Origin: Felis catus | Lineage: Eukaryota | DNA: 64,000 bases | NCBI RefSeq assembly: GCF_018350175.1 | Contig: NC_058383.1 | Location: 25,856,001 to 25,920,000 of the forward strand | Direction: 5' to 3' | In this document: piece after piece, positions 50,870-64,000 of the stretch | Layout: each line of letters opens with the position of its first letter | Position numbering within the stretch: position 1 is the first letter of the stretch | Made by a program: the position numbers and the translations under genes | Notes under the pieces: generated by a model | The model's database searches: none | The model's input: the letters and a program-made list of their open reading frames with translations, nothing else | What the model was told of the DNA's origin: nothing

Positions 50870-51830
50870 AAGCCTACGAATCATAGATCTGATAAGGGGT
50901 TTATATCTAGAATATATAAAGAAATTCTCCAATAACACCAAAACAAGTAACCTGATTAACAATGGGCAAAGGACCTGAACAGTTTTCCAAATACACAAAT
51001 GGTCAACAAGCACATGAAAAGATGCTCAACATCAATAACCATTGGGAAAATGCAAATCAGTGCAATCCCCCAGAGATTTCATCACTGGGAGAAAACTTCA
51101 GGATGGGCACCATAAAAAAACAAAGAACCAAAACAAAAACCAGTAAGTAACAAGTGCTGGCAAAGATGTAGAGAAGCTGCTGGTGGGAAAGTAGAACAGT
51201 GCAGCTGCCGTGGGAAACTCTTTGGTGGTCCCTCAAAAAGTGAAACATAGAATTATGCTCTCAGCCTGCAATCCTACTTCTAGGTTCACATTCAAAAGAA
51301 ATGAAAGCAGGGACTCAAACAGATACTTGTACATGAATGTTCACGGCAGCATTATTCACATTAGCCAAAAGGTGGAAACAACCCTAGCGTCCATCAACAG
51401 GTGAACGGATAGGAAAACGTAGAACATACATACAACAGGATTATTATGCAGCCTTAAAGAGGAAGCAGATTCTGATACATGCTACAACATGGATGCACCC
51501 TGAAAACATCACACCAAGTGAAACAGGTCCGACCTGAAAACACTACACCAAGTGAAACAGGTCCAACACAAGGACATATGCTGTAGGATTTTGCTTTTAT
51601 GAGGCAGAGGTATTGACTGCATGGAGACAGAAAGTAGAATATTCCCCTCTCCCCAGTTACTGTGTAAAGGGTACAGGTTGCATTGGGTTTGGAGGGATGA
51701 AAAGGTCTGGAAATGGATGGTGGTGAGGGTCGCATGACATTGTGAATGTACCTAAAACCAATGAATTGTACGCTGAAAAATGCTTACAATGATACATTTT
51801 ATGTTCCTCATTCGTAACCACACAAGTAAC
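50870..51830 (+). mobile_element. L1M 3' fragment
   Basis: tctgataaggggtttatatctagaatatataaagaa; aacaagcacatgaaaagatgctcaacatc. Confidence 0.8.
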
Positions 51831-53486
51831 AGAGCTGAATCGAGCGCTGAGGTTCAGCTCTCTGGGAACAGGCAGGCCTGGACGCCGGCTCTGGCTGTCT
51901 TCCTTCTGTGGGAAAAGCTCTCTGTCCCCATGGCTCTACAGGAACTGCTTTCTGGTGAAAACATTAAGTCCGTAATGAACAAGGTGAAGAGCTTCTCTCA
52001 GCGGAAATGAAAATTCTGCTCAGAACAACGCCAAAGACCATTTATTTATTCTATTTATGTGCTTGTTACCAAGTGGCCACGAGAAAAGTGCCCATTATTA
52101 TGCCTCATTAAAGAGGGCGCAGCTTTGTGCAGGGCACCCTGTTCCTCACAAACGCCCCCCACTCAGTTCCCATTCCAAAGGAGAGGGCTAAAATAAACAG
52201 TTATTTAGGGGTTGGGGCAATGTTCCAGAGTGTTCCAAAGCAGATTTTTATTTCTATCCTTAGAAGACTTACTCCATATATAAAATCTTATCTAGGAGAC
52301 TTCTCAATTTTGATCTCGTAATTAGAGCTCAAATCCTATTTTATATGAAAAGTTTTTCCTCCTAGAGTTCAGAATAATGACGTCAATACCATAGAACACT
52401 TTTGTGGCTATTAAAAGCCCTGGAAGACAATCCAAGATAAAATGGGCTACATGTGTTTTGTTTTGTTTTGTAAAAGACCTACAGAAAAAGGAGAAACCCG
52501 ATTCCAATCCATAAACACTATTATTCCTGTTTCACCAGGGTGGAGGGTGGGGGGTGGAGAAAGGGGCGGTGGGGAGGGAAAAGCAAGCATATGTACCAGC
52601 CTCCCTGTGCTTTATCTTTTTCCACTGGATCTTCTGAGGTTTCACTGGACAACCGGGCTTCTTTTCCAAATCTTACTTTAAAAAAGGAATTAAAAATAAA
52701 AACCAAAACTACCACTCAGGGTTGCCTGGCCGGACCCACGTCCATTCTGTTGCGAGATCCTTCTTCGTGGGGTGTCCGCTCCTCTGCAGAGCAGCATTCT
52801 GTTGTTTTCTGTGCCAGAGCCAACATGTCCCTCAGCACTGCCGGGTTCTGGGTGAAGGGCAAGCAGAGCCACCGTCCCTGCTCTCAGTACGAGGGGCTGA
52901 GCTGCTCGCGAAGCCAGTTTTCCAAAATTGCTTTAGCAGAAGCATCAGAAGCTTTGCTAAAAATACAGGTTCCCAGGCCTAATATGGCCGATGGGAACGT
53001 ACTCTGCAGGACCCGGCAGTTCCTCCAACTTTAAGTGTGCATGGATGCTGTGTACACATGTTACATACAGGCTACAATGCGGCCGAACCTTAAAATCATA
53101 TCCTAAATGAAAGGAATCAATCATAAGAGACCTGTATTGTAAGCCGGCACTTATATAAAATAATAAGAACAGGCAAATCCATAGAAACAAAAAGTAGACG
53201 GGCAGCTGCCTGGAGCTTGAAGGAGGAGCAAAAAGGAATGACTACTCAGTGGGTCCAGTGTTCCTTTTGGGGTGATAAAAATGTGCTGGAATTAGTGATG
53301 ATAGTTGCACAACTCTGTGAATGTCCTAAAAACCAGTGAATTGTACACTTAGTAGAAGGATGGATTTTATGATACATGAACCTATCAGGTCTCACTCAGC
53401 TGTTACTTAAAAAATATATACGAATTCCTAGGTCCTGCCTTAAATGTACTGAACCACATTACCCAAGATAAAGAATGGGGTCAGGG

Positions 53487-53700
53487 GAGGCACCTGGGTG
53501 GCTCAGTCAGTTAAGCATCTGACTTCAGCTCAGATCATGATCTTGTGGTTCATGAGCTCGAGCCCCGTGTCAGACTCTGTGCTGACAGCTCAGAGCCTGA
53601 AGCCTGCTTCAGATTCTGTGTCTCCTTCTCTCTGTGTCCCTCCCCTACTCATGCTGTCTCTCTCTCAAAAATAAAAATAAAATGTTAAAAAAATAAAAAA
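53487..53700 (+). mobile_element. Can-SINE
   Basis: Head ggcacctgggtggctcagtc, CT tract and A-tail. Further copies lie at about 15975, 28965, 38507, 43590, 47974, 49015 and 54891. Confidence 0.85.
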
Positions 53701-56092
53701 CAAACTGTTGCATTGTCATATCCTGGAAATGATGTGGCTAATAAACAGAACACGGTACATCTATGTAAAGATGCCTATGATATATTAAGCACAAACCGTT
53801 ATATACCTGTGTACAGCAGGATCCTATCTTTGTAAGAAAAACGGGTATATCCTTATGTAGATGCATAAAAATAAGTGAGGCACTAGAATGCCAAAGTATT
53901 AACTGTGATATAGGAATTGTGGCTGAGGGTGAAAGAAACTGGGATCTTTCACTTACCGCTAAGTTACTGCTTGGAATTTTAATTTACATTTCTAAAAATA
54001 ATTTTTCTTTAGCATACATACAAAGGCAATGTAATATTTTAAACTGTTCAATCACAGAAATGTGCAAAAGAACAAGTGAGGCTGTAAGGTAGACAAGGCA
54101 GATGATCAAAGGGGGTATCTGAATAGTAACCACTTCCTTCCTAACCAGGGGTGGGCGCCCACCCACAGCCCAGGGACTCCAGACTCCTGCTGCTCCAAGG
54201 GACATCCACCCTCCTCGTGTGCATCAAGCAAGGCACTAAGGGTGGCACACACCTTCCAGAGGCCCAGGTACTGGCCTGCTCCCCACAGCCAATGCGCCAG
54301 GAAGGTTCCTCTCTGATTAGTTGCTTGATGAAGTGAGGCATAATTCAGGGTTCAAGCTCTCTAGACAGCTCCACTTGAATGGATTCTTCTGGAGGCTTTA
54401 GAAGGTCTCAGCCTTTGCTCTGAAGCCTTTTCCAGATCCCCGAAGGCAACTCAAGAGCTAGTGGCCTCCCACAGGCATACTCACCTGAATAGACCATTCC
54501 TATCTGTTTTGTGCACCAAGGCTCTACATAGGACTCTGTCTGAACGACAGATAGGGTTCCACATTCACAGAGACTAAAATATCCACCAATTCGACAACTA
54601 CTGAAAACCTTCAAAATGTTCAGAATTAAGACACCAGTTGCTCATTGTTGGCAAGAGCAAAAAAAACTGGAAAGGGTCCAAATATTTTTCAATAGGAGTT
54701 TAGGAGAAAAATGGAGGGGGGCTGGGGAAATAATTTATAGCACTTCCAAAAAGAAAAGGAAATGACATAGAACACTGGACAGCCATTACAAAGAATGGGG
54801 TGGATCTTTATGTACTGACATGGGTTAAGTGGGAAGGGGCAGGGGGAGAAAAGACCAATATTTACTGCTAAGTGAAAAAAGCAAATTGAAGGGGTGCCTG
54901 GGTGGCTCAGTCGGTTAAGCGGCCTACTTCGGCTCAGGTCATTATCTCGCGGTCCGTGAGTTCGAGCCCCACGTCGGGCTCTGTGCTGACAGCTCAAAGC
55001 CTGGAGCAGGCTGTGGATTCTGTGTCTCCCTCTCTCTCTGCCCCTGCCCCTGCCCCGCTCTCTACCCACCCCCCTCTCAAAAATAACATTAAAATTTTTT
55101 AAAAGAAAAAATAAAAACATTGCAGAAGACACAAACCCATTCCTAAGGGTGGTGGGGACTGCGTGTAGATATAAGAATATAGATAGAAGTGGAGGGAAGG
55201 AGAGCAGAAGAGAGGTAAAGCATGAGAATGAAGGAGTATTTCTAAATGAACCTATAGAAAAAAAAAAATTAAGAAAACTATCCCAAATGTTAACAATGGC
55301 TGTTTTTTCGAAGGGAGGAAACAGAGCAGATTACTGATGACTTTTATTTTGAGGCCTTTTATGTTTGTTAAGTTCTACACTTCTTTATTTGTGGGAATTT
55401 TTTCAAATGAGCGTGAAATAAATTTTTTTAGTAAAAATCATTAAGATTTAAAGTAACGTACAAGCTGTCTATTATTCAGTGGGAAACAAGTCGGTACCCC
55501 CAAACACCCTCCATACATGGTAACATAAACTCAAGACTTGTGACCTCTGAGAGTCAGGTGATCCTTTTGTGTCCCCAGCATTGTCAACACAGACTAGGAT
55601 TCAGCACATGAATCTAAACACACAGTCAAGAAGCGATGACCCACCTTCAGAGGTGGCGTTTGGTTTTTTAAATAACAGATTAGGTCACTGCTAATGGAAG
55701 TCTATACTACTTATCAGAGCCATAAAATCCCAGGGCTAAACAAGAGCTCAGAAGCCACTCCACTCCCAAACACACCTTCAAAATCACATGCCCTCCTGGA
55801 CACGTGAGACAGACAGCCCTGGGTCCAGCTCTCTAAGAAAAGGGGCATCGTGATTTCTTGGGACAAAACATCACAAGAAGGCGAAAGACTCCTTCCTGTC
55901 CCTTGAATATACTTGATCAAAGCGGGATTCTGGCTACACTCCACACGTTCTAACAACCCTGTTGCTAAACATCTTTACCAGTCTTCAACATTTTCCGTCT
56001 CTTGATGAGTGTAGGTTTGGAGTGACAACATCAATATAATGGAAACTACTGTACAGATGTAATGTCAGGACGCAGCTTACCGCCTCAAACTT

Positions 56093-56422
56093 TGTATTTT
56101 GGGACTGTTAATGTCCTTCTACCCTACCCCCAAATCCGTATGCTGGAATCCTACCCCCAAAGATGATACTGGTGGGAACACTGAGGTGTGAAATCATGAG
56201 GTGGAGCCCTCACAAATGGGATCAGTGCCCTTATATGAGAGGCCCCAGAGAAAACTCTCTTTCCACATGTGAGCACACAGTGAGAAGATGGCGGTCTATG
56301 AGCCAAGAAGTCTTCGCCAGACACTGATCTGCTGGTAGCTTGGTCTTGGGCTTCCCTGAGTGACAAATGTTTGTCACTGAAGTCACTCAGTCCATGGGAT
56401 TTTTGTTTCAGCAGGCTGAACT
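56093..56422 (+). mobile_element. MLT1A/MST-type MaLR LTR relic
   Basis: catgaggtggagccctcacaaatgggatcagtgcccttata...cacagtgagaagatggcggtctatgagcca. Confidence 0.65.
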
Positions 56423-59400
56423 TTGGTCTGCACTGAAGATGCACTGTCACCAAGTGACAGGGCTGCCTTTGGGTAAAGCCTCAGAGTCCAAATGGCCAAG
56501 TGATCGTCCACAGGTGAGTTATCCATAGAGATTTAACACTATTTATGACTACACTGTGTTTTTGTAATAGAATTTGTTATTACAGCAGTTAAGTTTGAGG
56601 ACTGAAGGAGCCACTAATTTGATAATATGTAATGTATACAGAGTAAGATTTAAAGAAATATGCATGCCTAGAAACAATTAAATACTTTATTCATTAATGC
56701 TTAATTGTGATCAATAACAGCTTAATCTAACCTTGATTTTGCCATGTGGTTTATGCAGAATGCCTTTTCAATTCACCGATTATCAACACACTGTGAAAGT
56801 CCACTGGGGTCATAGAAATGACTTCTCAGTCCAATGTGCTACCCATGTCACCGGACTCCTGTCTTTGGGGCTAATGCACAATCAACACACCTTCCTACCA
56901 TCTCTGCAATGGCTCACAGGAGGCTGTGAAGATGTCTCTGTGGATATTAGGTTTGGATTTCCCGAAGCAGAAAAGATTAACTAACTCTCATCTTAATTCT
57001 GGTTGTTTTCTACGTAAACTTATCTAATGTTCAATCTGTAACAACTGGTCTCCAGCAACCACATACACCCAGGGTTAGAAATAATATTTTGTATTAGGGT
57101 TTAGAGGAACTAACCCACTTCAGGGAAGCTCAGGGGTGGAAAGAGCACTTGAAGTCAGATCAGGCCACTCATTAGCTGGACGGTCCTGGGCAAGTCATGT
57201 CACACTTCTGAGCCCCAGTATCCTCATCTGTAAAATGAACATAAACCACCGAGCAAATACTACATACTGAATACGACTAGACTGCTTTGCAGGAATTTTC
57301 AGTTCTCATCAGGCCCCGAACTATCTTCCTAACTTGATCTCTTACCCATTCCTTCCAGATGCATTGTTTCCAGCCTGTAGGCCTTTGCACCTGGCTGCTG
57401 TCTCAGCCTAGAATGCCCTCTGCCTCATTTAAGCATATAAAGATCCTGCTTTCCCTCCAGGCTCCTCAATGCCACCTGTTTTAAAAAGCTTTCTTTTTTT
57501 TTTTTTTTTTCCTCTTCTAAGCCAAAGGGTCAGCTTTCTCTCCCTTAAAATTCTATCGCACGTTTTATGAAATCTTGCACAACATTTATCACAAGCTGCC
57601 TTGTTTAACTGTAAACAGATTCACTCTCCCCTATTAGCACACAGTCTCAAAGTGCATTCCTTTTCTGGCACGATGCTTGGCACAGTGGCTTGTGTGTAAA
57701 CAATGGCCAAGAAATGCTGGCGGGAGCAAGGACATCGTTGATATTTACTAATATAAGCAGCTAAGTGAACTTAGGGGGAGACTCTTGCCCTGCTCCTTTC
57801 CTGTGGGTCGCACTATGGGTCGCCCTCCATCCCAGGCCCTTGTGTTCTGGAAGGTGGATGGACCATGTGAACGTGGATGACGAGTTTCATGCCACGTGCC
57901 CACGTAAATTGTTCTGGCAAAAATAACCTGCTTTGTCCATGATCACCAGAGGGTTTGTGAGAACAGTCACATCAAACACATTCTTCAGAGGATGGCCTGT
58001 CAACAGAACTAGTAAATGTGACCTTAAGCATAAACCCCAGTGACTTGGTAAGTGGATAGAGGATACTTCTCTCCATCACAAGCCACCCATCATTCTCCAG
58101 GAGGATAAAAAAACGCTTTCTCTCCTCCACCCTGCCATCCAGGCCACCTCCATTAGCCGTGATGGTTCACAGTGGTCAGTGGGCCTCCTAGTAGCAGGCC
58201 ACAGCCTCTCCTCTGCTTTTTTGGGTTCCTCACAGATCAAACCAGCAAAATAGCTTCATTCAACAGGTCTATACAGCTTGGCATATGTTTGAGCCTAACT
58301 TGTTTTCTTTCACCTAAAACTATGAAAAGAAGTTATGTAAAACCTACTAGAAGGCTCTAATGGGACTCTCTTCTCAACAGCAGGGTTACTTAGTAGTTAT
58401 TTCCGTACCATGAAAAGCTTGGGTACCATTTTACATGTATTGATATTATTAAGAATTATCAACCATTATTATCGTAGGATTGCCACTCATTCATTCAGCA
58501 CCTCTTGAGCACCCGTGTGGTAGGCAACGTGCCAGGAGCCAGGGACGCAACGTCCAACAAGACACATCAGATTTCATGGAGCGGATACTCTTGCAAGGGA
58601 GAAAAGTGGACATTTACTTATTAACTTGCTAAATAAAACAGCAGTAAGTCCAGTGAGGGAAAAGTGCCAAGATAACACATCTAGAATAACCTGATCTCAC
58701 TCTTAGTTTGTTTAGGGGTTGAGAGGCCAAGGCTGGTTTTCCCTAAGAACTGGCTTGTGAGTAAGCGCTGAAGGATAAAGATGCAAAAAATAAATAAAAA
58801 TGTACGATTTAAAAGGAGGGGGAGACAATTCTATAGGAGTGGAAAGCATTATTATTAATAAAAGAACAAAACCATTTTGCTTGTTTTCTCTACTGTTTTG
58901 TCTTTGGAGGCACTGCATACCCGTTTTGATTTTTTCCCCCAGGGTAATTCAGCAGGTTAATCTTCAAAGAATGATCATCTTTCCTGTGGATTTCTCAAGG
59001 TTTTGCCTCGGACAAGTTTGCTTTCAGAAGCCTGAAACCACAGAGGTGGCATTGTATGGAGAACTCCACAGCATACTTTTGTCTTTTGAGAGACAATTCT
59101 ATGAGGTTAATATTTACTGAGCAGCTACTGTGTGCCAGTGAGTCAAGTTCTCTGAGTACGTTTTCTCATTTAATCTGTGACAGGTACCATAGCCATCACC
59201 TCCACCTGACAGATGAGGAAACTGAGGCACAAAAAGGCCAATTTGGCCAAGGGCACCCTGCTGGTGAGTGGCAGAGTCCAGATTGGGAGACCAGCAGTGA
59301 GGGACTCATCTTGACATCCTGCTGCTGGCCAAATACACCACGGGCTTCCCCACCTCCCATGCCTTTGCTCAAGCCCTTTGCCCCACCTGGAATGCCAACT

Positions 59401-61039
59401 GTTCCTTCTCTCCTCCCCATCTCCGCCTGATAAGTTCTCCTTCTAAGCCCCATCTGAAACATGACTTCCATTGTAAAACCACCCTCCTTTCTCAGATTAG
59501 AAACTGTAAAGATAAAGGTACCAAGACAAAAATAAAGGGCAAAAGAATTTGTTCCTGCTGTGGCCTGGTAATAATCTTCTGGGAAGAACCACTCACGAAC
59601 AACAGCAAGCACTTATTTAATGAAGTGGCTGAAAGCAAAGATAAACAGGCATCTCCAGGTGAGGGGCACAAGCCCCATTTCTCCTCACTACTGGGGCAAT
59701 GGGTGGCTTTGAAACAAATCCCCCCCACATCCCACTCTATGTACTACCTCAGTACGTCCAAGGGACCAGAACTGGGCCTCCCCTGTAAAAAGCCTCCATC
59801 AGCATCCCACACAGCGCTGGCTGAGAGTTCAATGGGAGTTTAACGTCAGGCTGGACCCAGTGCTGGCAAAGCCACCGTCCGATAAACAAGATACATACCA
59901 CTGAAGCTGGATCAAGAGAGGCCAGAAAGTGGACTGGGGGGAGAGAATTGTTTTCTAACCAGCTGAGAGGGAGGGTGTTTAAGGTGGGGGGGGGGGTGAA
60001 CAACAGTGGCCCATTTCCACAAGCTTCATTTAATTTATATTTAGCCTTCCCATGCTCAGTAATTGAATGTATTATTTATTTTGGCCACAACCGCTGCATG
60101 TGGCTTTCGGAACAACAATCATAGGCTTTTAAGGTTTAGTGCCATAGCATTTAGAGACTAGAGTAAAAATCATCAGATAAATTATTAAACATGAAGTGGA
60201 CGCCACATTCCTGCTCCTCCTGCAGTGGCTTGAAGTGTGGGATGAGGCAGATGAGGAGGTCCAGAACTCTAACACCGAGGGCACTAATCACCCGCACAGC
60301 GGGTACCAGGCTGTTCCGATGCTGCTTATCTCCTGGTGTGGACCGAGGTCGTTACAGGGCAGCACAGGAGAGCAAAAGCCACCCAGGGCTCTTGAAGAAC
60401 AGTTCTTAGAGCAGCAAATCTTTGATGATAGGGGAGACTTTATTTGGCTTAAGAATTTTTGCCTTAAAAAAAAAAAAAATTGCATGAAGCCCCATATGGA
60501 GTCCAGTCATAATAAGCTTGCCTGGAATCTACAATATTTTAGATCATGGTCTTAGTCTGTAAGTTGGGAGGAGAAAGATCGAGGCTTCTAGAGCCCCCAC
60601 TTACAGTTCTCTGCTCTGGTACCTGCAGTTCACAATCTGTTCCCAATGTTTCAAGTTAGGCCAAACTCGAGCGTTCCTACATTAACTGTACTGTTCCTGA
60701 ACTGTTTAAGAGGGAGCCAGTTTATAGTAAGATGTTAAGTTTCATACATCAACCTAAGCACCTAAGCAATTAATCCACTCTACTCTTCATTTTGCATGGC
60801 ATCAGGTTTTTGGTGGTGCCTGTTCATTTTTGTTTTAACTTGTTTCTTGCTAACCCATCATCCTTACCAAAGCAGGCACTAGGAGAAGTGTTTACCCACA
60901 CACGACAAGGGCAGGTGGGGAGACTGGATGTCCAGACAATAAGCAACATATGCAATAAGAAAACACAGATCAACAGCATAATGACGATCACGGGGATGTA
61001 CAGAGCATGAGAGACTAGGAAGCTGCATTCAGCCAGACC

Positions 61040-61663
61040 GGTGTTTTGTTTTGTTTTGTTTTTTAATTTACGTCCAACTTAGTTAGCATATAGTGCAATG
61101 ATTTCAGGAGCAGAATCCAGTGATTCAGCCTCTACATATAACACCCAGTGCTCATCCCAGCAAGTGTTCTCCCCGATGCCCCTTGCCCATTTAGCCCATC
61201 CCCTCAACCACAACCCCTCCAGCAACCCTCAGTTTGTTCTCTATATGAAGAGTCTCTTGGGGCGCCTGGGTGTCTCAGTCGGTTAAGCGTCCGACTTCGG
61301 CTCAGGTCATGATCTCGCGGTCCATGAGTTCGAGCCCCGCGCTGGGCTCTGTGCGGACAGCTCGGAGCCTGGAGCCTGTTTCGGATTCTGTGTCTCCCTC
61401 TCTCTGACCCTCCCCGGTTCATGCTCTGTCTCTCTCTGTCTCAAAAATAAACATTAAAAAAAAAAAAGAGTCTCTTATGTTTTGCCTCCCTCCCTGTTTT
61501 TATATTATTTTTGCTTCCCTTCCCTTATGTTTATCTGTTTTGTAGAGAGAACCTTAAGCAGACCCCACACCCAGCATGAGGGGCTTGGTCCCACCACTGA
61601 GATCATGACCTGAGCCAAAACCAAGAGTCAGACACTCAACCAACTGAGCCACCCAGGAGCCCC
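61040..61663. mobile_element. Nest: - L1 3' fragment containing a + Can-SINE (61259-61465), adjoining a - Can-SINE remnant (61545-61663)
   Basis: (GTTTT)n tail; carnivore L1 3' end (aacacccagtgctcatc); TSD aagagtctctt at 61248-61258 and 61466-61476. Confidence 0.8.
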
Positions 61664-62469
61664 TGGGGGAAGATCATTTTAGAAAGAGGGAACAGCAAGC
61701 ACAAAGACTCTGAACTGGAATACAACTTAGCATGTTCAAAGAACAGAAGAAGGCCAGTGTGGCTTAAGTGTGGTGGAAGATGAAGACAAAAGGCAGGCAG
61801 GCACCAGAACACACGAGGACTCACAGGCAGGGTGTTGGATGCAATTCCAAATGTGGTGGGAGGCTACTGGAGTCCTCAGGAGTCAGAAGCAAAACTAAGC
61901 GGAGTTTGAAAAGGCTCATGGGTAGCGATCATGTTTGGAGACCTCAGTGCCCAGAACTGCCCCAGGTGAATGAAGATACAGATCAACATACCAGAACTGC
62001 CATGCCGAGGATGACTCTCCAACCCACCCAGGGAGCCCATCCAAACCAAAGGCACCACGTAGTGGATCACAAAACGTGGCTTTATCCTGTGAGGTCAGGT
62101 GGGAGATGGGAGTGGAGGGCAGACCATGACCGAAAACATCAACCCACTGGTGTCAAAGAAGCCCTCAGGTTAGTCACTGAAGCTTCCCAATTGTGGGCAC
62201 TGCAAATGCTCTGTCAGCAGTGAGAGGCACGGCCTTGAGTCGGACAGATGAGGGGCTGAGTGCTGGCCACGGAGCCCTGGGGGCTCACTCGGGAAAGCAG
62301 GCACCAGCCCCAGGCCTGCCTCATGTGGCCGTCAGGAGGTTGAAATGAGAGTGTGTGCCAAGAGCTCGCCACATAAAAATGCTCCATAAATGGAGCTCTT
62401 ATACTCTTTGTGTTTCGGCCTGATGGATGGATACCTCCTGTCCCGGACAGTGACAAGCGCATCCTGTAG

Positions 62470-62830
62470 CAAATATGTGCGACCTCCAACACTCTGCCTG
62501 AGGGCTTTCTTTTGGGTCAAGTGGAGAACAGGGCAGGGTGCAGCTGATGACCCAGAAGCAGCCCTCAGTCAATGGCCGAATAAAGAGTAAATAACCCAAT
62601 TCTCCTGGCAAGGCAGTGCCGAGGCCGTTCGACACCCGTCCCAGAGGTCCCCAGGGGGAACATACCTCAGCCGCCCAGAGCAGTAACCTGCCCAGAAGCA
62701 CACCTTTTGTTGGCTTCCTTCCCTTCCTTGTCTCAGCGCCCCCATCACTCTACGGACACTCTCGGGGAACGCCTCCCAAATAAACCAGTTGGCTCCTATA
62801 CCTAGTACAGGAATGGGTCTTGAGCACAAT
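62470..62830 (+). mobile_element. LTR16-like ERVL LTR relic
   Basis: cccagaggtccccag...ttggcttccttcccttccttgtctca...cctcccaaataaac. Confidence 0.6.
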
Positions 62831-63182
62831 TTTTATCACTAAAAGTAACCTGTGGAGAGTATTCTTTCCATACTTATTAGATTCTATGTGTAGGTCTCTG
62901 GGTTTCAAACAAACAAACATCAACAAAAAATAAACAGGAATCTATTGTGAGGAAGTAGTTCTAACCTGTAACATTCTCTACGTGCACTTATCCTGAGCTG
63001 CCTGACCTGGCCTGTGTGAGACAGATTTCAGAAGGTCCTTACAGGCAAATAGCTTCCCTCTGTAATCTGTCTGATTCTATAAAGGTGTGTATGTCCCATG
63101 TGCTTCCTGCTAAAGAAACAGATTTAAAACTCATCAGGTATTGATCAGTTATTTTTTTCTTTCCTTAAAAGAATCTCTCTTT

Positions 63183-63231
63183 ACACACACACATACACAC
63201 ACACACACACGCACGCACGCACGCATACACA
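63183..63231. repeat. (CA)n/(CACG)n microsatellite about 60 nt into the intron after a VPS35L exon
   Basis: Read directly; UG-rich on the VPS35L transcript. Confidence 0.9.
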
Positions 63232-63292
63232 GAGCTGAGCCAGCTTTCCTAAGCAGCCAGGAAATGCTCAGAGGTGAGAATGACAGGCTTAC

Positions 63293-63407
63293 CTTGGGAA
63301 AGGCACTGGTTGGCCAAGGCAACCTGACCAGAATGCAGGTAGAGGTTGAGGCGCGTGAAGATGCCCACCAGGGAGGGAATGGTAATGAAGCAGTAGGCAA
63401 CACAGGC
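63293..63407 (-). CDS. VPS35L: VPS35L coding exon (115 nt, [38 protein letters not shown])
   Basis: Minus-strand ccttctag acceptor, AAG|GTAAGC donor, ends in phase 1. Matches the recalled VPS35L sequence. Missed by the ORF track. Confidence 0.95.
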
Positions 63408-64000
63408 CTAGAAGGAGGGGAAGAAACACCACAGGTTACATCAGCAGTACCGTCACGGCAGACTGGTCCTCCTGTTCTCATCCGTCACGTATTTTCAAGC
63501 AAAAACACTTAATTAGTCTCCTCATTCTGAGCCCCAACTTTCCCCTCTCGAGTCTGCGACATACACTCCAGATGTGTCTGTGGGAGGAGGGGGAGGGGCA
63601 AGTGAGGAGAGTAAGGGTGTAAGAAAAATAAATCCTCATCCATCATCGAAGGAAAAAGATAACACCCGACGTTGAATAAGAAGCAGAATCTGAAACCAAT
63701 TACTTAAAAATATGGAGGTAATTACAAGAAGAAATTGCTCAAAGAGGGTTTGAGGTGGTTGTCTCTGAGGAAAGAGGTATGAGGTCAGGGTGGGATGGTA
63801 TACTTTTTTTCTTGCTGCCTTCTTTTTGGTCCAACTCCATTTTTTTAAAAACACAGATATGTATTACTTTGATAAAAATTTTGAGCAGCACACTCAAGAA
63901 GGTGGATTTTTTTTTCACAGTTGAGAACTTTTCAAGGGGGATGAAGGTAGTAGACCTTCCAGTTACAAGCATAAGCAGGAGATAATTCGGCTGGCACAAA

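Noticed and set aside
60196..60555. 119-aa acidic-looking ORF antisense to VPS35L
   Set aside because: GTG start, crosses a poly-A run, no recognisable homology or supporting gene structure.
1..64000. A novel multi-gene system, CRISPR array, or foreign/prokaryotic insert
   Set aside because: No regularly spaced repeat-spacer array, no long unexplained ORF and no compositional island seen. The recurring ~200-bp repeats are dispersed Can-SINEs.

Overview
Mammalian genomic DNA, almost certainly felid (young SINEC_Fc-type Can-SINEs with intact TSDs; probably the cat segment syntenic to human 16p12.3). Two known genes sit tail to tail. On + are the last three coding exons of KNOP1 (2553-11928). 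On - are the last six coding exons of VPS35L/C16orf62, a Retriever complex subunit (63407 down to 28649). All exons have GT-AG boundaries and consistent phases. The rest is intron and intergenic DNA dense in L1, Can-SINE, MIR/L2, LTR and Tigger/hAT relics, and almost all ORFs in the supplied track are non-coding artefacts. I found no new multi-gene system. The best leads are: (1) an ~11.4-kb nested L1 complex that appears to split the VPS35L 3'UTR from its likely ancestral poly(A) site; (2) an L1 nested within it that lacks almost exactly ORF2; (3) a hairpin at the penultimate VPS35L donor that buries a competing donor; (4) a KNOP1 exon whose junction regenerates a 5' splice site; (5) a CpG-rich old LTR carrying adjacent KLF/SP and ETS motifs. 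Repeat family names are from recalled consensus sequences, and repeat boundaries are approximate unless a TSD is given.
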